64,000 nucleotides of DNA from Raillietiella orientalis (lineage: Eukaryota), in assembly GCA_036172245.1 (NCBI GenBank), contig JAYWIR010000090.1, positions 124,001 through 188,000 of the forward strand. The letters are read 5' to 3'. Under the pieces are notes generated by a model. The model searched no databases, was not told where the DNA came from, and was given only the letters and a program-made list of their open reading frames with translations. Each line of letters starts with the position of its first letter. Position 1 is the stretch's first letter. Of the stretch, positions 1 through 10,760 are shown piece by piece. The translations under genes and the position numbers were made by a program.

Positions 1-1527
1 CAGAAGGTCTTCCCGGCCGCCATGGACGACTCATTTGTGGTGGAGATTTTCGACATCGAGTCGGAAATCTCCGATACTGATATTCGGAACGCGTTGGCGA
101 ACTTCGCCACGGTCCATGCGCTGTGGAGGGTGCGTAGCAACCTCAAGGACTTCCCGTCCATACACAGCGGAGTCGCTGGAGTCCGGCTTACAATGCCGGA
201 CCGCCGTCTGCTGCCCACCAAACTACAGGTGAAAGACACGGTCGTTCACCTGTGGTTCGTGGGCAAAGCAAAAACGTGCAAGCAATGCGGGAAGGAGGGG
301 CATTGTTTGGATAAATGCCCCTCTGGAAAATGCCGTTATTGCAAACTATCCGGGCACCAATTGAAAAATTGCCCGGATCTTTTGCGAAAAAAGGCAGCCG
401 CAGAGCTCCATCCTAGAAAACAAAGCGCGGATAAAAAGAAAAAATCTGCGAAAAACCTGGACACCCCACGGCAGAAATTCGGTAAAAACGCGAGGCGGAA
501 TGTCGCCCCAAAGCAGCAGGAAACCTCGCACGCGAAGCCCTGCGCGCCCCCTCTCGCGGCAGGGGAGCCGCAAAAGAAAGGGTGCGGGGAATCCGGGGCA
601 ATGGTAAGTCCCCCTAGGCGCAATAGCTGTCCTTCGCAAGCACGCCCGGCTCTTTCGGAGTTCGTGCAACCGGCGGGGACGTCAATGGACAACGGCGGTA
701 AGGACACTTCCAGTACCGTGAGATCCATTCCTTCACCTCCTGCAGTGGCTGAGAAGCCCAAATCGAGTAAGAAGGGTTGTGCAGTGTCGACTTCGAAAGT
801 CGGCAAAAAAAAATCCGCGTCGCGATCCAACACCGCGAAAGTGGAGAAAAATCTCACGCCGTCGCAATCGGAGAGCAAGCTCTCGACTGGCGCGGATGCC
901 ATGCCTACGAAGGGATTAAAATCCCTTCCGAAGGCAGCGTCCATGACGAGCGTGTCGAAGCCATCCAAAGTGCTCCCGTCCAAAGACGCGGATGGCTTCA
1001 AAGATGGTAATGGAGCACAATCTCCATTTACGGCGCCACGCGAAGTGAGGAACCGTAATGAAGTAAAGAAGACTTCAGCAAAGGTCCCTCGTGCAACTGC
1101 GCGTGAGCACGCTGAAAACGCGCGCGCCGGGAAAGCAGCCGTCACCAAAAGCGATGCTCTGGAGACGGAAAAAGGCAACAGGACAGCTGTCAATCCAGCA
1201 GAACCTGTCACTACTTCGCGGAAGGCCGAAACCCGATCGAACATGCGCCGGTCGGACTCCGAAATGGATGCCGTTCCGATCACCGAGACGAGGACAACTC
1301 GTTCGAAAGCGTGTGCGCGCCGATCAAAAGTAGGCAGCCAGGCAACTCTAGCCGCGAAGCCACGCGAAGTCTCCACGAAACCCGACGGGGATAAGCCTGG
1401 CGTGGAGGTATTACATGCATGCAGCACGACAGAGGACGGTGGCGACCGTCCCCTCCAGCCAGTCGTGCTGCTCGCCGTCTGCTCGCCGGATAAAGCGAGC
1501 AAAAAGCTGCCACCTTCCCACCAGTAA
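1..1527 (+). CDS. Copy A ORF1 (gag-like nucleic-acid-binding protein), 5'-partial
   Basis: Frame open from base 1 (QKVFPAAMDDSF aligns to RKILPVTMDRSV of other copies); CKQCGKEGHCLDKC and CRYCKLSGHQLKNC are CX2CX4HX4C knuckles; long K/S/P/A-rich tail. Confidence 0.85.
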   Translation, partial: QKVFPAAMDDSFVVEIFDIESEISDTDIRNALANFATVHALWRVRSNLKDFPSIHSGVAGVRLTMPDRRLLPTKLQVKDTVVHLWFVGKAKTCKQCGKEGHCLDKCPSGKCRYCKLSGHQLKNCPDLLRKKAAAELHPRKQSADKKKKSAKNLDTPRQKFGKNARRNVAPKQQETSHAKPCAPPLAAGEPQKKGCGESGAMVSPPRRNSCPSQARPALSEFVQPAGTSMDNGGKDTSSTVRSIPSPPAVAEKPKSSKKGCAVSTSKVGKKKSASRSNTAKVEKNLTPSQSESKLSTGADAMPTKGLKSLPKAASMTSVSKPSKVLPSKDADGFKDGNGAQSPFTAPREVRNRNEVKKTSAKVPRATAREHAENARAGKAAVTKSDALETEKGNRTAVNPAEPVTTSRKAETRSNMRRSDSEMDAVPITETRTTRSKACARRSKVGSQATLAAKPREVSTKPDGDKPGVEVLHACSTTEDGGDRPLQPVVLLAVCSPDKASKKLPPSHQ

Positions 1528-4500
1528 TGCGGGGAATCGCGTCTTCTCGTCGTCTGTCCGTAACGTGTTGGAACGTGAACGGACTGCAGAACGACGAGAA
1601 GAGGCGATTAGTAGCCAACGCCCTGCGCCCCTTAGACCTTGCGCTGCTGCAGGAGATTCACGTAATCTCCGACGATCAGGCGGCCGAAATCGAGGAGCGC
1701 GCAGGCGGAACGCTACATTGGCGGTGCGGCGGCGCACACACGTGCGGCGTCGCGTTCCTCGTAAGAGGAAAAATGGCGGAAGCGGTGCGTAGTGTTCGTT
1801 TCGATGACAACGGACGGATAGGCCAGCTTGTCATCAAGTGGTCCGAGTCCATCGATCTCGTCGTTACGAAAGTCTACGCGCCGAGTGGCTCTCGCTACCT
1901 CGAAGAAAGAGTAGCTTTCTTTGGTGAGGTGCAGAGCCAGTGGCTCAACAACTCCGGCTTCCAAGTGGCGCACCTCGTCGCTGGGGACTTCAACGTCCGC
2001 CTGCTCTCCGACGATTGGAGCCGCCCGAGGGAACGCGCGCTGCCCATCGAGATGTGCGCGTCCGTGCACGCCGCCAACTTGATGGTCAGCGAACCTGGAA
2101 TGGAAAGATCGCTCGATCACGTTTTCCTCGATGAAAACCTGCATTCGCGTGTGGGTAGGAGATGAAGATTGTTGACTGAGCTTTCTGACCACCACAGGTT
2201 GGAGTTTGAGATCCTTCCGCCAGGCAGGGGGCCTCCGTTGCAAAGCTGGAGGATGCAGGCGAATTGACTTAGCCAACCGGAGGCTGCGGAGCATCTACGT
2301 GGATACCTCCGGGGCTTTGCCGTTCAAGAACTTGCGGACTGGGACGATCTCAAAAGATCTGTCCGCGAGTTCTGTTGCCAATTCCCCTTGCACCGGCTTC
2401 CACGCGGTTTCGGAGAGGGCGTGGCCAACAGTAGAGACCTTCTGCAGGCCCGCACGTTTTCGAGACGCGCGGATGTCGGGCGTCTCGCAGAGTACAAGGC
2501 GAGGGCCGAGCGCCAGGTCTGGCAGTCCGGAGCAGCATGCCTGTTGGACGACAAGGGCCAGGAATGTTCGGCCCCAGCCGAAGTACGCCGCATTGTGAGA
2601 CGCTACTACTCCTCTCTGTCCGCGGAATCCCCGACGGAGGATATTCTTTCTGAGATACTCCTGTCTCAGGATGCTCGTGTTGTCAGCGAGGAGGAACGCG
2701 AACGTCTCAACGAGCCCTTCACGGCGGATGAATTTTCGTCCGCAATCGCTGGGCTGAAGAGACGAAAGGCGCCAGGCGAGGATGGGCTCCCTGCAGAGTT
2801 TTATCAGTGCTTTGCAGTGGAGCTCATTCCCTTGATGCTGAAACTCGCGACGCTGATGAGTGAATCCGGGAATGTCCTGGATTCCTTCCGCTCAGCGAAG
2901 GTGCGTCTCCTGCCGAAAGGCGGAGCCTTACGTCAACTTAACAACTGGCGTCCGATCACCTTGGTGAACTCGGACGTCAAGTAGTTTTCCAAGCTGTGGG
3001 TCGCGCGGTTAGGAAGTATCGCGGAATCTGTGGTGAGCCCGGAACAAACCTACGCGGTTCCGGGACGATCCATGGAGGCGAACATCCTTTTCGCGCGTAC
3101 ATGGAAGCAGCTGCAGGAAGTTGTGGCGCAGCAAAGCCAGGCTGCTGCGAAAGTCACTGCCGCAGGCAAGAAGAACAGGCGCCGACGGCAGGAGGGAACG
3201 CCAGGTGCCTTGGCGGTCGCGGTCGATCTCCACAAGGCGTTCGACTGCTTAAACCAGAAGCTGCTTTTGGAGCTTATGGAACGCCTTGGGTTCCCGGCGC
3301 AACTCCTGCTGTATTTGCGAGCGTGCTGGAGCCACGCGCTAACCTGCATTACTTTCAGCGGCTGCCGCGTGTATGGCATTCCCGTCCGTAGATGCATCCG
3401 ACAGGGCGACAGCTTAAGCCCGTTGCTCTTCAGCATCTTCTTTGAGTTGGTGCTAAGTGCATACAGGCTGACGCTGTCTCACTTGCCAAGCTCCTGCCCG
3501 GGAACGCCTGCCGTGGCCGCCTACGCTGATGACCTGCTTCTTCTGCTCCCCATGTCCACCCCGGCGTCCAGTGTCGAGGATTTCTTCGACCTGATTCGTC
3601 GGGGAGCGGGAGTGAGCGCGACCAGATAGAAGAGCGTGGTCGTTCCTGTGGGTACGTCGTGGGAGGGGCAGCCCGACTGGATCCGCCTGGGGATCCCCAC
3701 GGGCGGGTACTTTAAGTACCGTGGCGTTCCGTTGGGCGCTTTCGGCGCAGCCGAAGCGAGGGCGGACTGTCTTCAGAAAGCAGAGTTGGCCATCAGCCCG
3801 TTCTTTAACGGCAAGTTTACCTTGCAGGAACGGGCGACTATTTGGAACACCTTTGTGGCCTCCCTCCTCCGTCCCCTGTTTTTTGTTTTGGACCCCCCGT
3901 ATGCGGCTAAACAGCGGGCTAAACGCCTGCTCAGGAACGCTCTCTGGGGTCCGGCGAGATCCAGAATCCGCCTCAAAGATTTGTTTGCTCCGCGTCGGGA
4001 TGCTGGTTTAGGTATCTTAGCAATGGAGCGAATCGGACTGCAGGTGCAGTTCCGACTGCTGGCACTGTGTGCCCAGCTATGGACATCCCCCCTGTGTGTG
4101 CCAGCCCGCATTCTCCTGCGGAGATGAGCCGGCAGCGGAGGATTTCTCTCGCTTTTGCCGGGCACTCAATACAGGAAGCGGGGTTTCGGGTTTCCATTGC
4201 GGCAGTTGACCGCACTTCTGGAAGCTCACTCGTGGATCTCCTGCCGCCCAATAAACTTTGAAGCTTGGCGGCAGGAGTCTGTTGAATCCTGGGCTGCGTT
4301 CCAAGGAATACGCCCTGAAAATCTTCGCCCCCTGCGTCAATTTTTTCCACGATCCTTGGAAGAAGTACTGCAGGACGAGGTGAAGTTTTCTACCCTGGCT
4401 GCCACGCTTCTTGCCGCAGCGCTGTCTGCCCTCAGGGCAAAAAACAACAGTTACCTACCGCCGAAGTGGGAGGTTTCCTGCACGATAGCGGAAAAAACCA

Positions 4501-5120
4501 AAATCCTTGGCGCCTGGAAGACGAGTGAGTTGGCGGACGCCGCCACTCCTCGTGTTACTGCAAAGGGACTCCTCCGGTGGGCAGAAGAACTTGCTGTAAC
4601 CCCCGAAGAAGTTGTAGTCCCTCCACAGTGTATTGACAGTTCGCTGCTCTTCCTTGCTTGGAAACAAGCCGTGCTGCTTTTCGTTCACTGGGGTTTTCAG
4701 TGCAACGAGCGTTGGCATCGTGACTCCGGGGGACTTGCGTCTGCGAACTGCGTTCGGTGCGGATCGACGGAGTCGATTCCGCACCTACTTCTGGACTGCG
4801 GTGTCCTACAAGGACTGTATCATAGGATGGCAACAGCACTAATGCATCCCGTGGACACCGCAAGAGACTTGCTGCGACGATTCTTCACGCCGTGCGGGCT
4901 GTCACTAAGCGCAAGGATTGCAACCATCGGTTGCATACGCGCGATAGTTTCCGTCCGCCAGGCGCTGGTAATCAACGGACAGCACCAAGAGGTAATCAGC
5001 AAAGCATCCTTCAACATAGGAGCATCCGCTAGATGGCCTCATTTGACAGAGGAGACAAAAAGGAATCTCGCCGCAATACACCGCCGGTTTACACACCCTC
5101 AGCAGCGGCCAACGCGGTGA
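1527..5120 (+). pseudogene. Copy A ORF2 (APE endonuclease-reverse transcriptase-CCHC), disrupted
   Basis: CWNVNGL, LLQE, VYAP, GDFN, LDH (EN); KAPGEDG, WRPITL, DLHKAFD, RQGDSLSP, YADD, KYRG (RT); CVRC...HLLLDC. Broken near 2160-2290, at stops 2984 and 3629, and near 4127. Confidence 0.9.
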
Positions 5121-5433
5121 TCATTGCCCTACCCTCCATAAACTAATCTTGTATTTTTATTGTACACCCGCGTCCCCATAGGCTCCGGAACATTTAAGGT
5201 GCTTATCGTTTAAATCCCCGTGAGTACGGAGCCTAACCAAAAACCCTTGGCCCTTCCCTCCAGTTTTTGATTTTTGTTTGTTTCCCCTCATTCCCCCCAC
5301 GCTGCGAGCGGTTTATTTACTAAGCCTGCGTGCCGGTAATTTTTCTATGTTCTCTATCGTTCTGTTGGCTGGGGGAATTGTCCCTGACCAGTTTATTATT
5401 ATTAATAAACGCCCCGGCGTGACCGGGTGATAA

Positions 5434-8400
5434 ATTTCAATCTCCGCGTTTTCTAACAGGTGAGCCAGAAACACAACAGAACGCGATGAACGAGTTGTGC
5501 GCCGCCATGCGTAAGCGCAACTTGTTCGCGGGTGAGAGGGGAATGGTCCGCAGCATCGACCACGTCTACCTCGACGCTGACCTGTGTTCACGGGTCGGCA
5601 AACGGGGGAGGGTTGCGTCGACATTGTCGGAGCATTCCAGGCTAATTTTCGAGGTGCGGCCTCGTGACAAAGGACTGCCATCCAGGGATTGGCGTCTGCC
5701 GGGGGACTGAACGCGTTTCTCAGGTGCGAAGGAACTCCTTCGCGAATACCTGAGATGCGTCACGCTCCGGAATCTCCAGGACTGGGACCTTTTTAAGGAA
5801 TCGGTATGGGAGTTATGCGAGCAGTTCCCCCTGGCTCGCCTGCCCCCCGGATCCGGCAAGGGTACTCGCAACCATCGGGCCTATTTACAGGCTCGTAGGT
5901 ACGAGAGAACCCCTAATGTCTGTCTCCTGGCCGAGTACCGCGCCGGGGCCGAACGCCAAGCCTGGCAATGCGGGTGGGCCAGCTTGCTGGACGACCAGGG
6001 CCGGGAATGTTCGTCCCCGGCGTCGGTACGGCATCTCGTGCGGAGTTTTTATTCCTTTCTTTACGCCAGGGAGCCCCCGGATCGGAACGCCTGTCGGCGC
6101 TTGCTTCCGGATGGCGCCCCGGCAATAGGGGAGGAGGAGATGGAAAGCCTCGAAAGCCCCTTTACCACCGGCGAAATTCTCGCCGGTATCGAAAGTCTCA
6201 AGAGGCGTAAAGCTCCAGGAGAAGACAACTTGCCCGCGGAGTTCTTACAGAGGTTCGCGGAAGAGCTGGCACCCCTGCTGCTTAAGTTGATCAGGCTGAT
6301 CCGAGACGAAGGCGATGTTCCCGCCTCGTTTCGGTCAGCCAGAGTGAGGCTCCTTCCGAAAGGGGGAGACCTCAGGAATTTAAAGAACTGGCGTCCGATC
6401 ACTATCGTGAATACGGACGCCAAGTTCATAGCAGGGATATTTGCTTCGCGTCTAGGGCAGGTGGCAGAATCCGTAATTAGCCCGGAGCAGACTTATGCTG
6501 TTCCCGGGCGAAGTGTGGATGCCAACCTCTTCTTCGCAAGCACATGGGTGCACCTGCAGAGAAGAGAATAGAAAGGGATAGGGAAAGTCGGCAACCCCAC
6601 ATTGGAGCCGCCAGCCGGGCTGGGAAGGGTCCCCCGGGCGGGGAAAGGGGCCTTAGCGCTCGCAGTCGATCCCCACAGGGCGTTCGACTGTGTAGACCAG
6701 GAACTCCTCTTGGAGCTCCTGGGTCGCAAGGGCTTCCCACCCTCCCTGATTTCCAACCTGCGCTCTTGCTGGCGGAATGCGATGATTACCGTCTCTTTCA
6801 GTGGACAGAAGGTGTATGGTGTGCCGGTGCGGCGGGGCATAAGGCAGGGCGATAGCCTCAGCCCCCTTCTCTTCAGCACCTACTTTGAGTTGGTGCTGAG
6901 AGCGTACAGGGTGACTTTGACCCCCTTGCCGAGCTCGTGCCCGGCACGCCCGCCGTAGCAGCGTACGCCGACGATCTTCTGCTCTTGTTGCCAATGTTCA
7001 CCCCGAAAAAGGCGGTCGGATACTTCTTCGATCTGATCAGACGTGGGACCGGACTGCAGGTTAACAGGGCGAAGTCGTCGGTTGTGCCAATAGGTGCGGC
7101 GTGGGCAGGGCAGCAGGACTGGGTCCGTCTGGGGATCCCCACGGCGAGGTGCTTTAAGTACCTTGGTGTGCCGTTTGGGGACTACTCCCCTGCGGAAGGG
7201 TGGTTCAGCTGCCTCCAAAAAGTCGAGACGGCGATCGGCCCGTTCTCCGATGGCAAGTTTCACTTGCCGGAACGGGCCGCGGTTTGGAACGCCTTCGCGG
7301 CTTCCATTCTCCGCCCCTTGCTTTTTGTTTGCCCCCCCACCATGGAATCCAAGAAGAGGACGAAGGACCTCCTTCGTATCGCCCTTTGGGGCAAGGGGAG
7401 GCCCCGAGTCCCACTGAAGGACTTGTGCGCTCCGCGTCGGGACGGCGGTCTTGGCCTACTGACGCTGAAGCGCGTGGAGAAGTAGCTGCGGTGGCAAACC
7501 CTCGCCATCGCAGCGAAGATGTGGAGCACCCCTTGGTGCACTCCGGCCCGCCTCCTGGCCAGCCGTGTGTCCCGTTGCGATGGACTCGCGTCTTTTCTTC
7601 TGAGCCGTGGCCGGAAGATGCGAAGATACGGCCTACTGCTCGGGCGCATGGCAACATTGGCCAAGGAGAACTGCTGGATGGTTTGCTGCCCCGCCAACTC
7701 CCCCGCCTGGCTGGAGGAGAATATTGGAACGTGGGCATTGGTTAACCAGAGAAGCCACGATACGTGGAATCGTCTCCGATGCAGCCCCTAAACCCGCTGC
7801 ACGCTGCGGAATCTCCTGGAGAGTCCAGCAAGATGCACGTGAGCACAGACGACCTGCCTAGCTACGGCACTGCCCTTCCTGAGGAGGGCGCTTAACAGCA
7901 GCCGAACGCCAAGGTGGCAAGTCTCCTGCTGCATCGAGGGACGCGATAAGTTAATCAGCGGCTGGACAACAGGAGAACTGGCCGACGCCACGACCCCGAG
8001 CGTCCAGCCGCGAGGATTATTAAGATGGGGCGAGCTGCTCGCCATCCCCAGGGATGAGCTGAAGTGGCCCCCGGTGATGAAGGAGTCCAGGATCCTGCCC
8101 CTCAGGTGGCAAGAGTCGGCGTTGCTTTTTTTGCACTGGGTTCTACCCTGGAACGCACGCAGCTCTCACTGGACAAGAGGAGTTTTGGATCCTGCGTGTG
8201 TCAGGTGCGGAGAGCGGGAATCGCTCTCCCACCTTATTGTGGACTGTGCTGCCCTTCGTCCGCTTTGGGAACGGTTTGGGACGATCCTCGGTCTCCCTAC
8301 GGGCAGTTCCCCTAGAGACGTTCTCCGGCCCCTCTTCGTGAAGGACGCCCTGCAGCCAGCCGCAGCCCTTGCAGCCTTGTGCTGCGTCCGAGGCATCGTG

Positions 8401-8571
8401 GCGGCATGGAGCGACACCAACAAGGAAGGAGTGGGTCAACACGCGAGGGATGTCATCCCATATGCCCAACGCTTCTTGCGGAGAGCTGCTGGATGGCCCC
8501 AACTGGAAAATATACGGATGGACCTCGAGGCCTTCCTTCAACGGATGGGCCCTCCTCTCAGCGAACAGTGA
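5434..8571 (+). pseudogene. Copy B ORF2 remnant (EN C-terminal half, RT, CCHC)
   Basis: IDHVY, WRPITI, RQGDSLSP, YADD, KYLG, CVRCGERESLSHLIVDC; stops at 5710, 6571, 7485, 7791 and a frameshift near 6940. Confidence 0.9.
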
Positions 8572-8780
8572 TCCCTTCCCTGCCCCCCAACCTCATTTGT
8601 ATGTTTGCCTTTTTGTTTTTATTTTTGTTTTTCCCCATCCCCTTTCGCTGCCGGGGAGTGCCACTCCGGGCTGCGTCCCGGCGTTTCGGTAGGTCCCGTG
8701 CATAAGGCCGTGGGCGGGGCCTGGTTCCGCAATTGTAGAGTTTTTTATAAATAAAAGCCAAGGGCATACCCGGGTGGCAA
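5434..8780 (+). mobile_element. Copy B, 5'-truncated non-LTR element (same subfamily as D/E)
   Basis: Begins inside EN at the GDFN codons (atttcaatctccg, matching D); ends AATAAA (8750-8755)...CCCGGGTGGCAA. Confidence 0.9.
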
Positions 8781-8791
8781 CGCCTAATGCC
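8781..8791 (+). other. Degenerate target/spacer motif between B 3' end and C 5' end
   Basis: cgcctaatgcc, 2 mismatches to cgccgaatccc; same context (GGTGGCAA|motif|TTGGCGAGTGG) as the E-D junction. Confidence 0.7.
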
Positions 8792-8887
8792 TTGGCGAGT
8801 GGACGTGTTTTTCCTACGCTTCCGAGTGAGTCGACAGGGAGCGGTTTTTTCTTTGTGTGTGTTCGTGTGGAACATCGTTGGGTTCCA
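8792..8887 (+). promoter_or_regulatory. ~96-bp 5' UTR, putative internal promoter
   Basis: Near-identical 5' UTRs in D (17197-17291) and E (22859-22953); motif ACGYGTTTTT...GCTYCCG..TGAG.CGA also in divergent F; promoter role inferred from LINE biology. Confidence 0.45.
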
Positions 8888-10760
8888 ATGGCAGCGATGC
8901 CTGAGGACACCACGATGGAGGTAGGTGTGGGGGAGGCTTGCCCACCTCCACAGCCTACAGAATCAGGAGCGTCCGCCCCGGAATCGCTCTCGCCGTCCAA
9001 GGCGAGTAGCTTGAGCGTCATGGTGGCCGCGCCGAGAGCGGAAACCATGGCCGAGATGGCGGCCTACCGGGCAGCTGAGTACAAGCCCAGCTTGGTGTAC
9101 CAGGTAGGCCCCTTATTTGATGGAAAAACGGCACGCGCGTTTTCGGAAGCGCTGCAAAACGCCGGAGTAAAAGAACAAGATCTTGACGGTTTTTCCGTTC
9201 TCAGCGGAGGTCAGCGAGTCGAGGTGGTGTGCAAGGAGATCACCTTGGCTCAGAAACTGATCACCAACCCGTTGAACGTCGACGGCCTCAAGATCTTGCC
9301 GGTGACGATGGACCGCTCCATGGTGGTCCATCTCACTGGAATAACGAGCCGTATGACTCGCTCTGCGGTAGCACAAGAACTTCGGAAGTTCGGCGAGGTG
9401 CACGCGCTGTGGCCTAAGCCAACAATCTTCGAAGGCCTTAATAGCCATTTCGGAGGCCAGGCTTCAGCGCGGGTAACCGTGAGTAAGGACTGTGGGCTTC
9501 CTTACAAGCTGGAGTTCGCGCAAGAGATAGTGGACCTCTGGTACGTGAGAAAGCCCCGGTATTGCGGCTACTGCGATACCGTAGGACACCTTCGCAAGAG
9601 GTGTGCTAACATCCAATGCCACATGTGCGGGGAGAAGGGCCACGTTCGACGTGTGTGCCCAAAACGCCCCACCCCGGATCCTCCTGCCGCGAAAAAGGCG
9701 CAGGGGAAACGCGCACTAAAGGTCACAAGACCTACGGCGGACGCTGGCCGGCAGAAGCTGCCAGATCCTCAACCTCCAAAAGAAAAGACGGAGGGTGAAC
9801 CTTCCCAAGAGGCGGAAGGTGAAGAGGGCTGGCAACTTGTAGCAGCCAGAAAAGAGAAAAAATCTTTTTTAAAGGAGAAGAAAGAGGAGCCGGTCGGTAA
9901 GGCAAAAAAAACCCGGGCCGCGCTCGAAAACTCTGCGCGTGTGCACGGTGGCACTGGAACGAATCGTCGTTCCCGAGGTTGCCACGCGGAGCGACGATCC
10001 TCCCCTTGCCGTTTACGCTGCTCTCGAGGCTCGCGACGACGAACCCTCTGTTTACACAGAGGGTGAGCCGCGCGACATAGCGGCGGTCGAAGCCGCGGAC
10101 GCCGCGTTCGCGCAGGCGGCGGAGGAGCTCGCGGTCACGCTGGCCGAGCGTGAGAACCCCTCGCGCAAGGCCGTGCGAAGGCCGGCTCCGGCGAAGAAGG
10201 CCCCCACAGGTGAGTTAGATCTGGGGGCCGGAAGTACATCCTCCTCCTCGGAGGCACCCCCCAGGAAGTCGGGACGCAATTCCCAGAAGCTAAGGAGGCG
10301 CCTCCCCTCCACCAGCGAGGAGAAGACGGAAGCCGTCGCCAGCGTGGGAAATTCGGAGGAGGAATTCCCACACTCGGAAGCCGTCGATCCGGCCACCCCC
10401 ATGGAAGAGGGTGAACAGGGGGGTGAAGTCTTCCCTGCAGGCGCCGACCCTGAACAGCCTGCCCTCATGGAGGAGGGCGAACAGGTAGGCGCGACCCCAC
10501 CTGTGGGTGAGCCAATCGACGTACAGTTTCTTATGGAGGAGGGTAACCAGGGGTCAGCAATGCCCTCTGAAACCGCCGAACCTGAACCACCCGCACCAAT
10601 GGATGTGGGCCAACAAGTACGAACAACACCCTCTTCGCACGGGCAGCCGGAGACGTCGGCACGTAAGAAGGATGGGGAGTTGGTGGGCAAGACGCCAACC
10701 CCGTCCAGAGACCCACCCCGAAAGGTGGCGGTCGCCGCAGTGCCATCTTCCCAGGAGTAA
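8888..10760 (+). pseudogene. Copy C ORF1 (two CCHC knuckles), one frameshift in the A-run near 9904-9911
   Basis: MAAMPEDTT start; CGYCDTVGHLRKRC and CHMCGEKGHVRRVC; continues in ORF 9939..10760, collinear with D/E ORF1. Confidence 0.87.
10401..10700 (+). repeat. 66-bp (22-aa) coding tandem repeat 'MEEGEQ...' in the ORF1 tail
   Basis: ATGs at 10401, 10467, 10533, 10599, exactly 66 bp apart, plus a degenerate fifth unit; 3 units in D and E. Confidence 0.8.

Larger units (their letters stand above)
1..5433 (+). mobile_element. Non-LTR retrotransposon copy A (L1/Tx1-like, most divergent subfamily); 5' end lies outside the window
   Basis: ORF1 with 2 CCHC knuckles, ORF2 with APE/RT/CCHC motifs, 3' UTR ending AATAAA (5404-5409) + CCCGG-CGTGA-CCGGG-TG like the other copies. 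Confidence 0.92.

Noticed and set aside
8781..8791. Similarity of the spacer (rc ggcattaggcg) to satellite cattagggcg, suggesting satellite targeting
   Set aside because: Short match in one degenerate copy, and no element is inserted in 35 kb of satellite
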